Assembly: GCA_964016885.1 (NCBI GenBank)
Contig: OZ024741.1
Location: 86,304,001 to 86,368,000 of the forward strand
Source of the DNA: Eledone cirrhosa
Taxonomy: Eukaryota
Length of the DNA stretch: 64,000 nucleotides
Reading direction: 5' to 3'
The position numbers were made by a program, and so were the translations under genes. Numbering within the stretch: position 1 is the first letter of the stretch; each line of letters opens with the position of its first letter. Shown here piece after piece: positions 27,020-40,417 of the stretch. The notes beneath the pieces are model-generated. The model worked only from the letters and a program-made list of their open reading frames with translations, searched no databases and was not told where the DNA came from.

Positions 27020-28150
27020 AGCATATGTGTAGTGGGATTTCAACATAGTACAAGGCAGTGAATTGGCAGGCAGTCCTTAGAGTGTGTTGCAGTATTCTCA
27101 TCAGCTCTCTGATCTCTAAGTTCAAAACCTCCTGAGCTAAAATTTGGATTGTTGTCTCTATTTTCAGGCGAACTCCTGTGGTAAAGAAGATATCTATCAT
27201 TGTCAGTGTGTGTGAATTTCCCATAGAAAGGTTCTAGGATAGCTTTTGGTGCATCTTCTATCTTATATACAGGCTGAAGCTGGATTGATGACTCCACAGG
27301 GACTGTGGATGTGTTTGGTCTTGATAATTTCAAAGAACCCTGGATTCTCCTTATCAAGCAGCTCAGTTGAAATGATTTTATCAACATTTTGTCTAATCTT
27401 CCAGAGGTGGAGAAATTCTCTTTTGTAATTCAATTGTGGTCATCAAGGTACTAATCTCATTGTAAATTCTTCCTTCTTTTAGGAACCAGAGGAGTTTCTT
27501 TTGTTTCTCATTGGAGCACTTGAGCAATGAGATCATGTTGATCCTTCAGTATCTGATGTTGAGAAAGTTAATCAGAGATAGATTTCTGTCCATTTTAAAT
27601 TATAGTTAAATGTAATGAAGAGATATTTCCAGACTAATTTTCTGACATAGTCATGCACAGTAACAGGGTTTTGTGAAGCTTGACAGGAGTGTAGCTGACT
27701 GGCCAATATTTCTTGTAACTGTTTGATGTGATGGCATTTCAAAGATGGATATATTCCTCTGACCTTAATTTGTAATTTCTTTGCAGGAAACTCAACCTCT
27801 CTAGCTCACTTTTGGCATTATAAACTAATCCATGCCACAAAATGGTACATGTAGAATTCTCTGCAGCTGATTGATTTGTCAACTTTTTTTGATAATAGTA
27901 ACCATATCGACTATTCCAGAAGATGAGAGGGTATTGGTGATTTATATGCCCTGTGAATTTTACACATTCACTCCAAATAACCATTTCTTTTTCACAAAAC
28001 AATGTCTTATGTAGTTCATTAACCATTATGACTGCAATTTTATTATTGAGAGGTGCAGTATATATATATATTTGCAGCTAGACATGTCTGCTTTAATGAT
28101 AGTTTTGCAGTCCTTGGTGGTGTTCATGTATTCCAGTGTATGATTTGAAA
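27020..28150 (-). mobile_element. Ancient Penelope-like element RT remnant
   Basis: RIQGSLKLSRPNTSTVPVESSIQLQPVYKI...ILEPFYGKFTH resembles the PLE motif FYGLPKIHKPN.PLRPIVSSI.SPTY.L...L.P..GK..H; IIKAD and TALY..IP are in the expected order. Confidence 0.5.
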
Positions 28151-30044
28151 TTGATATGAGATTCTGGTGAAGCATTTCTTGTAATTCCATGAATATGTAC
28201 AACTGCAATCTGAATTGCTTTTTAGAAAGTAGGGCTGGAAGTGTTGTGTTTTTGGTGTATCCAGAAGGAGCAGTTTCTTGAGAATTTCAGGAAGCTCTTG
28301 TATCGTTGAGAAATTAACTCTGCCTCCTGAGCATCACAAACCTATTGTTTCTGCAGGCCACTTCTTAGCACTGCAGTGTTGACAGCATTTCTTCGTTTTT
28401 CCAATAGTAATTTATTTTTTAAGGCGGTGGGTGTCATAGAGTATAACACCAATCAACCAATACATATTTCTTGTGGTTTATATGCTGTTTAGGCTAGAAA
28501 ATGATGCAGCTTGAACCACATTTTTTCCTAATTTTTTGCTGTTCCTTAATTTTGTTGTTCATTTGCAATAACAGTCTTTTGTTTCCATCCAAACAGTATT
28601 GCCTTTCTATTATATTGTGCTATAGCAGTTTGAATTCTGTTATCAGTTACATTGGCCTTCAATTTCTTTAGATTGCTGTATTTTCTTTTTCATGGCCTCT
28701 GAAGAGAACCTTCTATATTATGTTCTCCTTCAACATTTTACTTACCATATGATGCCTGTATGAGAAGTGCACTGTTTCATGATAGTGAGACATGGGCAAT
28801 TAATTCAGAAGATATGTGAGGCCTGGACAGGAATGAATCAAGCATGCACCAATGAATGTGTAATGTTAGTGTGCATGAAAGATGCAGCACAGAGGAGCTG
28901 AGAGAAGTCTCAGCATAAGAGGAATCATGTTGCATGCAGGAAAGAGCATTGTACTGGTATAGACATGTGACGTATGTGGATGACCTGGGATGAAGTGGTG
29001 AGAGCTGATCTCAAATTACTGAATTGCTCAGAGGAGATAATAAAGGAATGGAACAAGTGGAAGGAAACTGTGCTGGAAAAGTCCTGTCCAACCCATGCAA
29101 ACATAGAAAGATGGATGTAAAATAGTGATGATAATAGCAATCATCATCACCACCACCTCTGAAAGTGAATTCATTATAAAATATATTGAGCTTTCATTCA
29201 GTAAGGTTTTTGCAATAAACTGTTTATTGTAATATGCATGTACTTAGTTTGTTTTCACCATACGTACATTTTTCACAATCCAGAGACCAGGGGCTACAGT
29301 GCTTGGTGATCAAACGGAGACAGTATAGGGTTTGAAAGCTTCTTTTGTCTGGCTGAGCATGCGACACAACCCTCTAGTGCTGGTGACATGATAAAAGGCA
29401 TCTAGTACACCCTTTAAAGTATAGTGTAGCTTCCACAATAAAATGCACCCAGTCCACTCTATATAGTGGTAGTGTTGGTGCCACAATAATTGCACTCAAT
29501 ACATTCTGTAAGATGGTTGAGACTAGAAAGTGCATCCAGCTATAGAAGCTATGCTAAACATGGAATGTATGAGCATGACAAGGTTGCTTTGACCTGTCTG
29601 GTCTTGAACTGAGACAACCTGTCCAACCTATACCAGCATACTGGGCATAAACTGATGATGATTATGGTGAAGTGGCATCAATTTAGGTAAAGTTATTTAA
29701 GCAGTAATAAAAATCTACAATGGCGATAGTCTGGTGATGTCAGGATCTTGCTGGTTTCTTTCTTGTTCGGCCAAGCAACCTAGATGTTAGCACAGATATT
29801 ACAAATGCATTGTAGGATATTGTTTTATTGTAAGAGGAAAGTCTGGACTTTTATATGTTTTTAAATATATAGTTCTTTTTGCTCAGAGAGCCTGTATTAG
29901 AACATTTTCATCAAATTTGCAAGTATGTGTGTGTATGCAAAACTTCCTAACCAGCTTTCTACCTTGCCTTGTCACTCATTAACCTCGAAATTTGTTTTTA
30001 TTTATGCTTGTAAATGTTTATGTAATTATATAATGTATTTAGTA

Positions 30045-30280
30045 AAAGCTCCTGACTTAGTGGTTAGGGAGTTGGACTCATGATCATAAGGTTGTTGGTT
30101 TGATTCTTGGACTGGACAGCACATTGTATTCTTGAGCAAGACACTTCATTTCATATTGCTGTTCATGATAGGACTGGGGCTCCTATTATTAAAACACCCA
30201 TGAAACCTTGTATGAGATATAACCTCACAGGAGGCCAGCTAATTCTCCACAGGTGTGAGCTGTAAATTTCATTTCATTCT
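30045..30280 (+). repeat. tRNA-derived SINE; same family at about 5340-5555, 15375-15560, 30537-30730, 41898-42015 and 63790-64000
   Basis: A-box-like TAGTGGTTAGG and B-box-like GTTTGATTC, with the shared body TTCTTGAGCAAGACACTTCATTTCA. Confidence 0.6.
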
Positions 30281-30320
30281 TTTTTCATTTCATTATATGA
30301 TATTTAATTATTTATTGTAG

Positions 30321-30508
30321 TGCTTTCTCAGTTGAATCTTGTGGAACAATTGGAAGCGGTTGCCAGGCAAGTTGGACTAAGTTTTACTCCGCCCAGTGGC
30401 CCTGAATCACAGCTCTTTGTTGGTTCTGACATGTTCTATATTCAAGTTGCAATGGACAAGAGTGGCATGGCTAAGGATGTTAAGATAGCACATCAGGGAG
30501 AACCAAAA
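30321..30508 (+). CDS. MED1: MED1 exon (188 nt): VLSQLNLVEQLEAVARQVGL...SDMFYIQVAMDKSGMAKDVKIAHQGEPK
   Basis: ttattgtag| and |gtaagt; LE-x-x-ARQ-x-GL, SDMFY and DVK-x-AH-x-GE motifs. Confidence 0.95.
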
Positions 30509-31544
30509 GTAAGTTTATTTCTTATTTTTTTCCTTGTGAAGGCATGTAGCCTTGTGATTAGGGTCTTGGACTCACAACTATAAGATCATGGATTTGATTC
30601 ATGGACCAAGCTGTGCATTATGTTCTTGAGTATGACACTTCATTTCATGTTAGGATCAGGACATCATTATTAAAACTCCCCAAAAAATTTCTATGAGATA
30701 CAAACCTCATAGGAAACCAGCTAAACCCCTCCTATCTCTCCAATTAGAAGTTGACAGAACTATGAAATTTTAATTTCTTTTGTAGTTTTTAGTTTCTTTA
30801 TTGCAAATAATCAGAAAGTTTTTGCAGATTACATCAACAAACACCAGGAAAAAAAAATCTGAATAAAAAATATTAATAGTTAAAATCGTGCAAATTAATA
30901 AGGAAGCACTTGTTACATTCATGTGATCTTTACAAATATGTATAAACTTAACACTTTATGGAATGTATGAGGGCCGAGATCTCTGGCGTTATGCAGTAAT
31001 ATAGAAAACACAACCTCCCCTGTGCACAGGTTGAAGCATACATCGAGTATTCACCTCCCACGCCCAACCACCCAACCCTCACCCACATCCCTAGATCTAC
31101 CTCCCCAACCCAAGTCTCCAGCCCATACTATAAAGTGGTCGTTTTGGTGCCACAACAAAAAACGTCCAGCTCACACTGTAAAGTGGTCCTGTCGGTGTCA
31201 CGGCAAAAAGCACCCAGCTCACACTGTAAAGTGGTTGTGTGGATGTCATGGCAAAACGTACCCAGTACACACTTTAAATGTGGTTGGCATTAGGAAGGGC
31301 ATCCAGTAGAAACCAAACCGGAATCAGTTCTGTATGAGCAAGACATGGTCACCTGATTTGACTTGTCTCACAACGGGACAACTTATTTAACCCATGCTGT
31401 TGTGGAAAAATGGATGTTAAACAGTGATGATGATGATGATATACATATTGTTTTAAGATATATTCCTTTTGTTCATAGCAAGACTGAATTCTTTAACATA
31501 CAATGGCTTCACTATATAAGTAGATACAGAGATAGTATTATGCA

Positions 31545-31614
31545 TGACATTTGTACATTTTCTATGTACTATACATACACCTTTGATGAGTTGTAGTGCC
31601 CCTGAGCACTGTAC
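31545..31614 (+). mobile_element. 3'-terminal 70 bp of the CR1 family at 38267-40367, lacking its last ~9 nt and tail
   Basis: Close match to 40272-40342 (..TATGTACTATACATACAC.TTTGATGAGTTGTAGTGC.CCTGAGCACTGTAC). Confidence 0.85.
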
Positions 31615-33484
31615 CGTTTTCAGGGGTTGGATCGCTGCGATGTACAGCGACATCTGCTCAGTTGTGAGGGTGAATGGTCACCTGTCGCAGCCGTTCGGCA
31701 TCATGCACTCGGTCCACCAGGGTCGTCCTCTCTCGTCCGTCTTGTACGTATTCGCTCTCAAGCCGTTACTGTACAAACTGGGGGCGATGAGGGGCATCCC
31801 ACGCGAACTAGGATGCGGGAAATCCGAGTCGGCTTACGCCGACAACGTCACCGTGGTGGTGTCTAGCACCAGACACGTCCAGATGCTCGGCACCACTCTC
31901 AAGGAATACGAAGCGGTGACAGGAGCATAGATAAACCAGGAAAAGTCGGTAGGCTTGCAGCTCGGCACCTGGAGAGGCAAGCCCATGCCGCCCGACAGCG
32001 TCGTGGGGCGTTTGACGGGGGACCGGTTAAATTGTTCAGGGTCTGGTTCGGACCGGACTTCCAGATGGAGAAAAACTGGAGTGAGGTGACGAGCAAGGTG
32101 GCCTCCCTCACCCAGAAATGGGCCGAGAGGAAGCTGTCCCTGAAAGGCCGGGTGGAAGTGGCGAATGTGTACTTTGCATCCGTCATCTGCTACTGCCTCA
32201 CCATCATCCCTTGCCCCGGCCCAACTCTCACCAAAATGGAGCGCCTCCTCTTCCGCTTTTTAAAGGGACGCGCTCCCATGGTCAGATGATCCATCTGCTG
32301 TCAACACCAGTTGGGTGGAGGACTGGGCATGCCATGGCTGAAGATGCGCAAACATGCGCTGAGGCTGCGACATCTCTGGTGCTTCCTTGACGGTGAACAG
32401 GTGTGGTCGCCGTTCGCCAGGCACGTTTTCCCACAGCTCGTCTCCTTGACAGAGCTGCAGTCCTGGGTCAGGAAAATACCGAGGGATAGCGCTTGGAAAC
32501 TGGAATGTCTCCAGGCGCTCACTGCCCTCTGCCAGCTGGGCACCAGTATCAGTGGAACATCCACCTAGGCATTCTATAGAGGACTAGTGGAGGGGAAGAG
32601 CGACGACGTTCTCGGAGAGATCCTGGGCGTCGAAGAAGATCAGCTGTTTGCTCTCTTCCGGAGAACTTTCAGCCCAGGGCCTATGGATAACTTCCAAAAA
32701 TCCCTGGTCTGGCAGTGCTACTGGGGAGCGTTGCCGGTTCGAGATAAGCCCTACAGGCACGGAAGTGCCGTCAGCCGAGATGCGCGCAGAGCGACGAAAC
32801 CGTCGTGCACGCACTCGTTCAGTGCCCGAGCATTGCTGACTTGTTGAGCTATGTCGAACAGTTGCTGTTGAGTGTAGGACTGATCCAGTTATTGACTGAG
32901 TCCATTGTGCAGATGGTCTCGCCGTCTTCCTTCGAGGAGGAAGGGCAGGCGGTTTTCATCTGCCTGGTGGTCATGGCGAAAGAGATTGTGTGGTGGACAA
33001 AGTTGAAAGGGTTAAAGACAGACACTTTCCTCTTTGGCGAATCCCAATTAACTTTTTCAAGTTTCACTTGAAGAGGAAAATCAGGGTGGAGAGGGAAGTG
33101 CTGCCTTCTAGCAAGTTTGTTGAAAGATGGGTGAATGTAGCGAGAATAGTCCGAGTGAACGGGACCGCTCTGAATATACGCCTGTAGTTTGAGAAATGGA
33201 AAAATTGAGAGAGGGCGCTTGCCCTGGTGGTCAGGGTGGTCGTGGTCTTTTGTGTGGTTTTCGCCACGAGTCACCCTCGGAGGTTTCCCCCCTATTGCAG
33301 AATTTTTCATTGTTTCAATTTTCATTTTTATTGTTTATATATATATATATATATATGTTTCTGTCTTTTTTTTTCTTTTCTTATATAAATAATAAAAATC
33401 CTTACATGCACAAAACCCACATCGTACCGTCCTGTGCCGTCTGTAATGTTTTTCTTGATGTCAGCCCTTGTGGCCAATAAAGAA
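31615..33484 (+). mobile_element. Tx1/L1-clade LINE, copy A: 5'-truncated within RT; frameshifts and stops
   Basis: GWIAAMYS, QGRPLS, SAYADN, WFGPD, LSLKGR and LGMPWL. The 3' UTR ends AATAAAGAA, followed by (ATT)9. Confidence 0.92.
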
Positions 33485-33511
33485 ATTATTATTATTATTA
33501 TTATTATTATT

Positions 33512-33720
33512 CTTTGAGTCTCAGTCATTGATGTTAGTTAACTGGAAAGTTTGTTGAAATGAATATCAAGCCACTACCTGCAGCCTCAGATATTCAGGAC
33601 GTATCGGAGGGTTCTTGCTGTTCCCAGCAAGCATGCCTTTTGAAGCGTTCCAAAAAGCGTGGCAGGGCCAATTTTCTTTAACCATCCCTGGAAACTTTTT
33701 GAGATAGTACCTAGTGCGCC
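33512..33720 (-). mobile_element. 5'-truncated Dong/R4-clade (restriction-like endonuclease) non-LTR element inserted in (TAA)n
   Basis: The minus strand reads GALGTISKSFQGWLKKIGPATLFGTLQKACLLGTARTLRYVLNI* (33720-33586), then a ~75-nt 3' UTR; TAA repeats lie on both sides. Missed by the ORF track. Confidence 0.8.
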
Positions 33721-33739
33721 TATTATTATAATTATTATT

Positions 33740-36700
33740 CAACGACCTCCGGTCGCTGGAAATGGATGTGATTGCCGTAAGCGAGACCAGAATTTCCGAC
33801 GCGCGCACTAGCCCCCATTTTCGACGACTATCGGATCTTCACATCTGTTAGCAGGCCGGGAATGGGGGGTGGGGTGGCAGTGCTGTTTAGGAAAGGACTG
33901 GATCTCGAGGTAAGGTCGATCTTCCGGGACCCGGACGGTAAGTTGGTGGTCTTGGATGTGAGCAGTAGCGAAGGTGGTGCCTTTAGACTGCTGGCCGTCT
34001 ACGCCCCTACAGGGGCCGGATGACCTGACTTCTTTAGGCGCCTGGAGACCTTTCTGGGTACGTCTCGCCCTTTACTGTTAGCGGGGGACTGGAATGGCAT
34101 CTTAGACGCACGCTGGGATTGTGTGAGAGTAGCCGATAGGAGCGGGGGGTGCAAAAGCCTCAAGCACCTACTCAGCCAGTTCCAACTGTCTGACAGGTAT
34201 CGACTAGATTTCCCCAATGTGCAAGTATACATGGACCAACCGAATGGGGTCATCTAGATCGTATATAGACAGAATCTTCATTAGGAAAATAGATAGAAAT
34301 AGTGTGGGCTGTCCACTTTTTAAAACGGTCGCCTATTCAGATCACAAATTTGTGATCTGTACGGTCGACCTAAATAAAACGCGTAGGTTAGGACCGGGTT
34401 ACTGGAAGCTGAACATGTCATTTCCGGCACGTAAGGCTTACAGGGACCGAGTCAACAAGTTAGTTAAGCAAAAGTTGACAGGGGGGATCATCAACAACAG
34501 ATGGTGGGGGGGCTCTCAAAAGAGAGATTAGAGTAACTTCGATAGAGTTCAGCAAAGAACTAGCGTTATAGAAAGGAGGGGGAGCTGGTAGATAAGTTAG
34601 ACGAGGCTATTTGTAGTGGCATCGCAACTGACGTGTAGCGGCGAGAATGGCATTAGACCATTTCTTCAATGCCAAACACGAAGGTTGCATTGTCAGAGCT
34701 AAGGCACGTGCGCTGAGAAACGAGGGAGCTAAAGCTGTTCAATGGACCCGTGTGTCGGAGGCGCAGCGTCGTAATAAAACCACAATTCGGTCTTTGGCGG
34801 ACCGAGACGGATACGAGATAAGCGATTCCAAGCGGATGTGTGAGGCCTTTCGCCAGCACTTTGTTCGGTTGTTCAGGGAGAGTGGCGAGTCAGAGAGAGA
34901 ATAGCGGATTTCAGTCCCTACCTTGACGGCTTGCCGCGTATCTCGACGGTCGACGCTGAGCGCTGCGAAAGGCCGATTACTTCAGCCAAAATTCAGGACG
35001 CCCTTGTCGGCTGCATGAGGCGCAAGTCACCCGGTTTGGATGGCCTGCCCTACGAGCTTTACGTAAATATGCCAGACTTGTTCTCCGAACTCCTTGAAGC
35101 ACTCTACTGTAACTGGCAGCAGAATGGGAGTATTCCCAGTTCTGTGAGCAGGGGAGTGGTGACGCTGATAAGGAAAGACGAGAACAAGAGGGATACATTA
35201 GACAACTTCAGGCCCATAACTCTGCTCAACACAGAGTTTAAAATTTTGGCCAAGGTGTTAGCAAAGAGATTGGCGCTTGTTGTCGAGGATTTGGTTGGGG
35301 AGGCGCAAACTTGCGCAATCCCAGCCAGATCCATACACGACAATCTCCACCTCATGCGATACATCATAGAGAGGGTAGGGTGTAAACCTGGCTTCGGTGG
35401 GGCACTGATCAATCGAAAGCATTCGATAGGGTCGACCATCGGTATCTGGAGTTTGTCCTCAAAGCAGCTGGCTTCAGCCCTGTCTTTAGAAGCTGGATCG
35501 TTGCAATGCACAGCGGCACACGCTCGGTGGTCAAGGTTAATGGCCACCTCTCGGAACCATTTTGGCTCTCCCGATCGGTCCGTCAAGGGTGCCCTCTCTC
35601 TTCCCTTCTGTACGTATTGACTCTCGAGCCTTTACTGCGGAAGCTGGAGCTGTTGCAGGGCATCCCGCTCGAACTGGGACGTGGAAAGGCGGTGTCGGCT
35701 TATGCGGACGACATCACCGTGATGGTGTCGAACACCTCAGAAATCGAGGTGGTCGACACCTTATTGAAGGAATATGAAAGGTTGACAGGAGCCAAACTTA
35801 ACCCGGAAAAGTCGGTGAGCTTGCAGCTCGGAACCTGGAGAGGCAAGCCCATGCCGTCCAACAGCGTCGTGGGGCGCTGGACGGACGGACCAGTAAAGTT
35901 GCTCGGGGTTTGGTTCGGACCAGACCTCCAGGTGGAAAAGAATTGGGACGAGGTAACGAGCAGAGTAGCCAGTCTCACCCAAATATGGGCTGGGAGGAAA
36001 CTATCACTGAAAGGTGGCGAATGCGTACATCGCGTCCGTCATCTACTACCGCCTAACCGTTGTGCCTTGCCCCCGTCCGCGCCTCGTCAAGTTGGAACGG
36101 CTCCTCTTCAAATTCTTGTGGAGGAGACAAGTTCCGTTGGTGAGGCGGTCCATCTGCTGCCAGCACCCTCTACACAGAGGGCTGGGCATGCCGTGGCTAA
36201 TGATGGGCAGACATGCGTTGAGGCTGCGACATCTCCAGATATTCTGCCTCAATGGTGAACAGGTGTGGTCGCCGTTTATCAGACGGGCCTTTCCGCAGCT
36301 CATTTCTTTGACTGAGCTGCAGTCCTGGGTCAAGAAGAGACCGAGACTGGGTGACTGGCACCTGGAATGTTGCCAGGCACTCACTGCCCTCTACCAAGCG
36401 GGCAATGCGATCAGTGGAACTTCCACTCTCGAGTTCTATAGAGGATTAGTGGTGGGCAAGTGCGATGACGCACTCGGAGAAGCTTTGGGCCTTGACGAAG
36501 TCGAACTGACCAGTCTGTACCGGAAGACTTTTGAGCCGGGGACGATGGACAATTTCCAGAAATCCCTCGCTTGGCAGTGCTACCGGGGGGCACTGCCGGT
36601 TCGGGATAAAATCTACAGGCACGGAAGTGCTGTCAGACGGACCTGCCCAAGATGCGCACAGAATGACGAAACCGTTCTGCACGCACTTGTCCAATGTCCG

Positions 36701-37324
36701 TGCATTACTGACTTGTGGAGTTATGTCGAACAGCTACTGTCGCGTGTGGAACGAATCCGGCTATCGGCCGAGTCCATAGGGAAGATCGAGCCGCCACCTT
36801 CCTTAGGTCAGGAAGAGCAGGACATTTTCCTCTGTCTGGTGGCAGTTGCGAAAGAGATTATATGGTGGACCAGGTTGAAAGGACTAAAGACAGACACTTT
36901 TCTCTTCGGCCAATCCCTCATCAACTTCTTCAATTTTCACCTGGAAAGGAGGGTGAGGGTGGAGAGAGAAGTGCTGCCCCCCAGTACATTTGCTAAAAGG
37001 TGGTTGAATGTGGTGAGAATGGCTCGTGTGAATGGGCCTACTCTGACCATGCGCCTATAGGCTGGCTAACTTGAGGAGAGGGGTGCTCTCCTGGGTGCCC
37101 TAGAAGCGCAGGGTGGTTCAGGATTGGTGGGGTACCCGAATCACCCCAGGGTTGTCCACCCCCTATCGGGGAATTTATTTTGTTATATTTATGCATAGTT
37201 TATTTTATATTTTTATATTTTCATTGTTAAATTAGTCTTGCCATTGTGCACTTTTACTCGACCTTATTGTAAACCCCCACTGTCCCTGTCTTTGTATTGT
37301 CCCCTTGTGGCTAATAAATGAAAT
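33740..37324 (+). mobile_element. Tx1/L1-clade LINE, copy B: nearly complete ORF2 with several frameshifts and stops
   Basis: Begins NDLRSLEMDVIAVSETRI, then AGDWN, SYIDR, YSDH, KSPGLDG, FRPITLLN, RQGCPLS, AYADDIT and CPRC..ETVLHALVQC. Ends AATAAATGAAAT followed by C(ATT)9. Confidence 0.93.
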
Positions 37325-38266
37325 CATTATTATTATTATTATTATTATTATTACTTTCATTAGTTTTATGACAGTTTTGAAAGTGTGTGGTCGAGTTGGG
37401 TTAGGGTATTGGATTAAGGTTTTAAGTTCAATTTCTTGACTCATTGGCACGCTGTGTTTTTGGAATGTATGTAGTTGCATATATATACAAATTAATGTAT
37501 GTGTCAACATATACACACAGACTAATGTATGTAGCTACATATATGCACTGACTAAGATATGTAGCTGCATATATGCACAGACTGATGCATGTAACTGCAT
37601 ATATATATAGAGAAATTGAGAACATATCAGAGATTTGCCATTTTTGTTGTTTTTCATTTTATTTTTTTCATTTTATTAAAATCTGGCACAACAAAAGATT
37701 TATATGTAATTACCATTATTCTAGAAGTTGTTTTATAACGATATAAATAATACAATGGTGAGTACTTTAAAAAATTTGAAGTTTTCCACTATATTTATCA
37801 GTGTATTAAGATTGCTTAATCCTTTTAATACGGAACTGTCCATTTATTTAAATTAAAATCTTCCAACATAATTTTATATAAAAACATTTATTAAGTTACT
37901 ATCATTAGAAATATCACAAAAGAGTTGAAGCAATGTAAAGTTAATCGCTTACTCTATTCCACTCTTATTTTCATTCGCTCACTTTTTCTTTGCCAGTCAG
38001 TACAGGGTTATAAACACCTCATCCTTCCTTGTTTGTTGTCTGCTTGGCTGTCTCCAACTTCTTCACTGTGACAGTAAACAAAAGCTCTAAGCTCATTATT
38101 ATATGTGATGAATTTACATTGTATTTATTTGTATCATTCAACAGTGATGACAATATATGACTGAATGAATTGTTACAAGAGTCAGAGAAACATTAAGAGA
38201 TTTCAAAATAAAATTGTTCTAAATTGTAGCTATGCCCATAAATGATTTGTTTCCTTCATCTAGTAT

Positions 38267-40367
38267 GGATAGCGTGTGCAGCATCAGTGCCACGTAAGCA
38301 GGAAAAAAAAACCTACCCCAAAAGTGCAATTTGGGAAACTTCAGCGGTCCAACTTGCCAGGAAAGAACGTTGGAACGCTGAACGGGAACATAAACTGCAT
38401 AAATCAGATGCCAACAGAAAAAAGCGGAATAAATCTTCTAACCATCTCAAGCAAGTGACAAAGAAGGCAGTGCTTGAATTTGAACAGTGCATAGCAACCA
38501 ATCCTGACAGTAAGGTGTTCTGGAAATATGTTCATTCAAAGCAGAGACCTCACTCTCCAGTTGGTCCTCTTCGCAATCCCCACACAAGCCAGGTCACTGA
38601 CGATCCCAAAGAATGCGCAGAACTCATTGCTGAGTGCTATGCAAGTATTTTTACTGTCAAAAACCAGAATGTACCATCTCCACCATCTCTAACATCAAAT
38701 TCCATAACAACTATGGCATTTACACCTGCAATGCTGCGACGTCACGTTAAGAATAAGCGCAACTATGCCTCCCCTGGTCTTGATGGTGTTACATACCTGC
38801 TTCTCAAACGTGGCGGGTATTTCCTTTTGCGCCAGCTTTCTTTCTTCTTTCAATACTGTCTCAACAATGGTGCTACTCCGGAGCAGTGGAAAACTGCCAG
38901 TGTCATTCCCCTGTTCAAAAAGGGCAATCGTATGTCACCTGTCAACTATCGTCCAGTCAGTCTTACTAGCTGTATGGCCAAACTGATGGAATCCTGTGTC
39001 AGAGAAACACTTTGGGACTTCTGGAGCTCTCACACCGGCCCTCACAGTTTGGATTTATCCCTAACTCCAGCTGCTGTGATCAGCTTATCGAGTTCCTTGA
39101 AGACATCACCCGGATCACTGACAGCAGCTCATGGGTGGATGTTGTTTACCTTGACTTTGCTAGGACTTTTAATTATGTGCCACACAAAAGACTTATGGCA
39201 AAACTCTCTGCAATGAGTGTGAGGGATGATCTTTTCGACTGGTTGAAATCCTTCATTCTCAGCCGAAAAGAGGTAGTCACGGTACTAGGAGAGCATTCTT
39301 CACCATATGAGATGTCATCTGGTGTACCACAGAGATCTGTTCTTGGTCCCGTTTTGTTTGTGGCATATATTAATGACATAGATGCCAACTTACAGAATGC
39401 CACGGTACTGAAATATGCAGATGACATCAAGCTGGACCTTGAAATCAAAACGACTGATCCTGAAATCTACAACTCTTTCCTACAATCAGACCTGGACACA
39501 ATGCAGCAAGGGATCACAGACTGGCAACTGAAGCTGGCTGTGGATAAGTGTACCACCATGCATTTTGGGAGGAAAAATCCAGTGTCCACATACTCCCTCC
39601 ACAACACTGATATCAAGAAGTCCTCTTGTGAACGTGACCTGGGCATTACTGTCAGCAGCGATTTGCGTTGGACAAAGCACATCTCTAAGATTGTCAAGAA
39701 GGCTGAGGGTGTCTTGGCATCACTCAGCAAGACCTTTGTTAGCCGCTCTCCAGCCATCTATTTAAAACTGTATACAGCTATGGTACGACCACACTTTGAA
39801 TTCGCATCATCAGTCTGGAACCCCTATCTTGCTCAGAACATTGACCGCCTGGAAACTGTTCAGAGATGTGCAACCAAGCGCATACCCTCCATCAGACACC
39901 TACCATACGCTGAACGCCTTGCTTCCCTGGGCATGGATTCATTGAAGCTCCGACGTCTGGCAATGGACTTGGTGAAAACCCACAAAGTTATTAACCATTT
40001 CGCCAACAACAACCCTGAGCACCTTTTTTATCTCCATGTGTTTAACACACATGGACATGCCTACAAAATCAGAAAACAGCACAGCTCCCATGGCTTTCGT
40101 AAACATTTTTTCACGCTCGGAGTTGCTGAAGCATGGAACAAACTGCCTGCGTCAGTTGTTAGCTGCCGAGACACTCATGCTTCCTGAAATACGCCAAAAC
40201 TACACCTGATGTACCCCTTCCATACACATGGACACATGTGTATATCATGACTCATGCACTGTTCATTTTCCTGACATTTGTGCATTACCCTATGTACTAT
40301 ACATACACTTTTGATGAGTTGTAGTGCACCTGAGCACTGTACACAATATTTCATTATTATTATTATA
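38267..40367 (+). mobile_element. CR1-clade LINE: 5'-truncated ORF2 with one frameshift near 39030; (ATT)n tail
   Basis: SPGLDG, PLFKKG, NYRPVSLTS, QFGF, YLDF, GVPQRSVLGP, YADD, ERDLG and HFFT..VAEAWNKLP. Candidate TSD TAGTAT at 38261-38266 and 40368-40373. Confidence 0.92.
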
Positions 40368-40417
40368 TAGTATTTTCTACTCACTGTTCTAAATTAAATT
40401 TATTATTTTACTTTCAG

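Noticed and set aside
30045-30125. tRNA gene-like sequences here and at other SINE heads
   Set aside because: They are degenerate, cannot form a full cloverleaf and run into shared SINE bodies.
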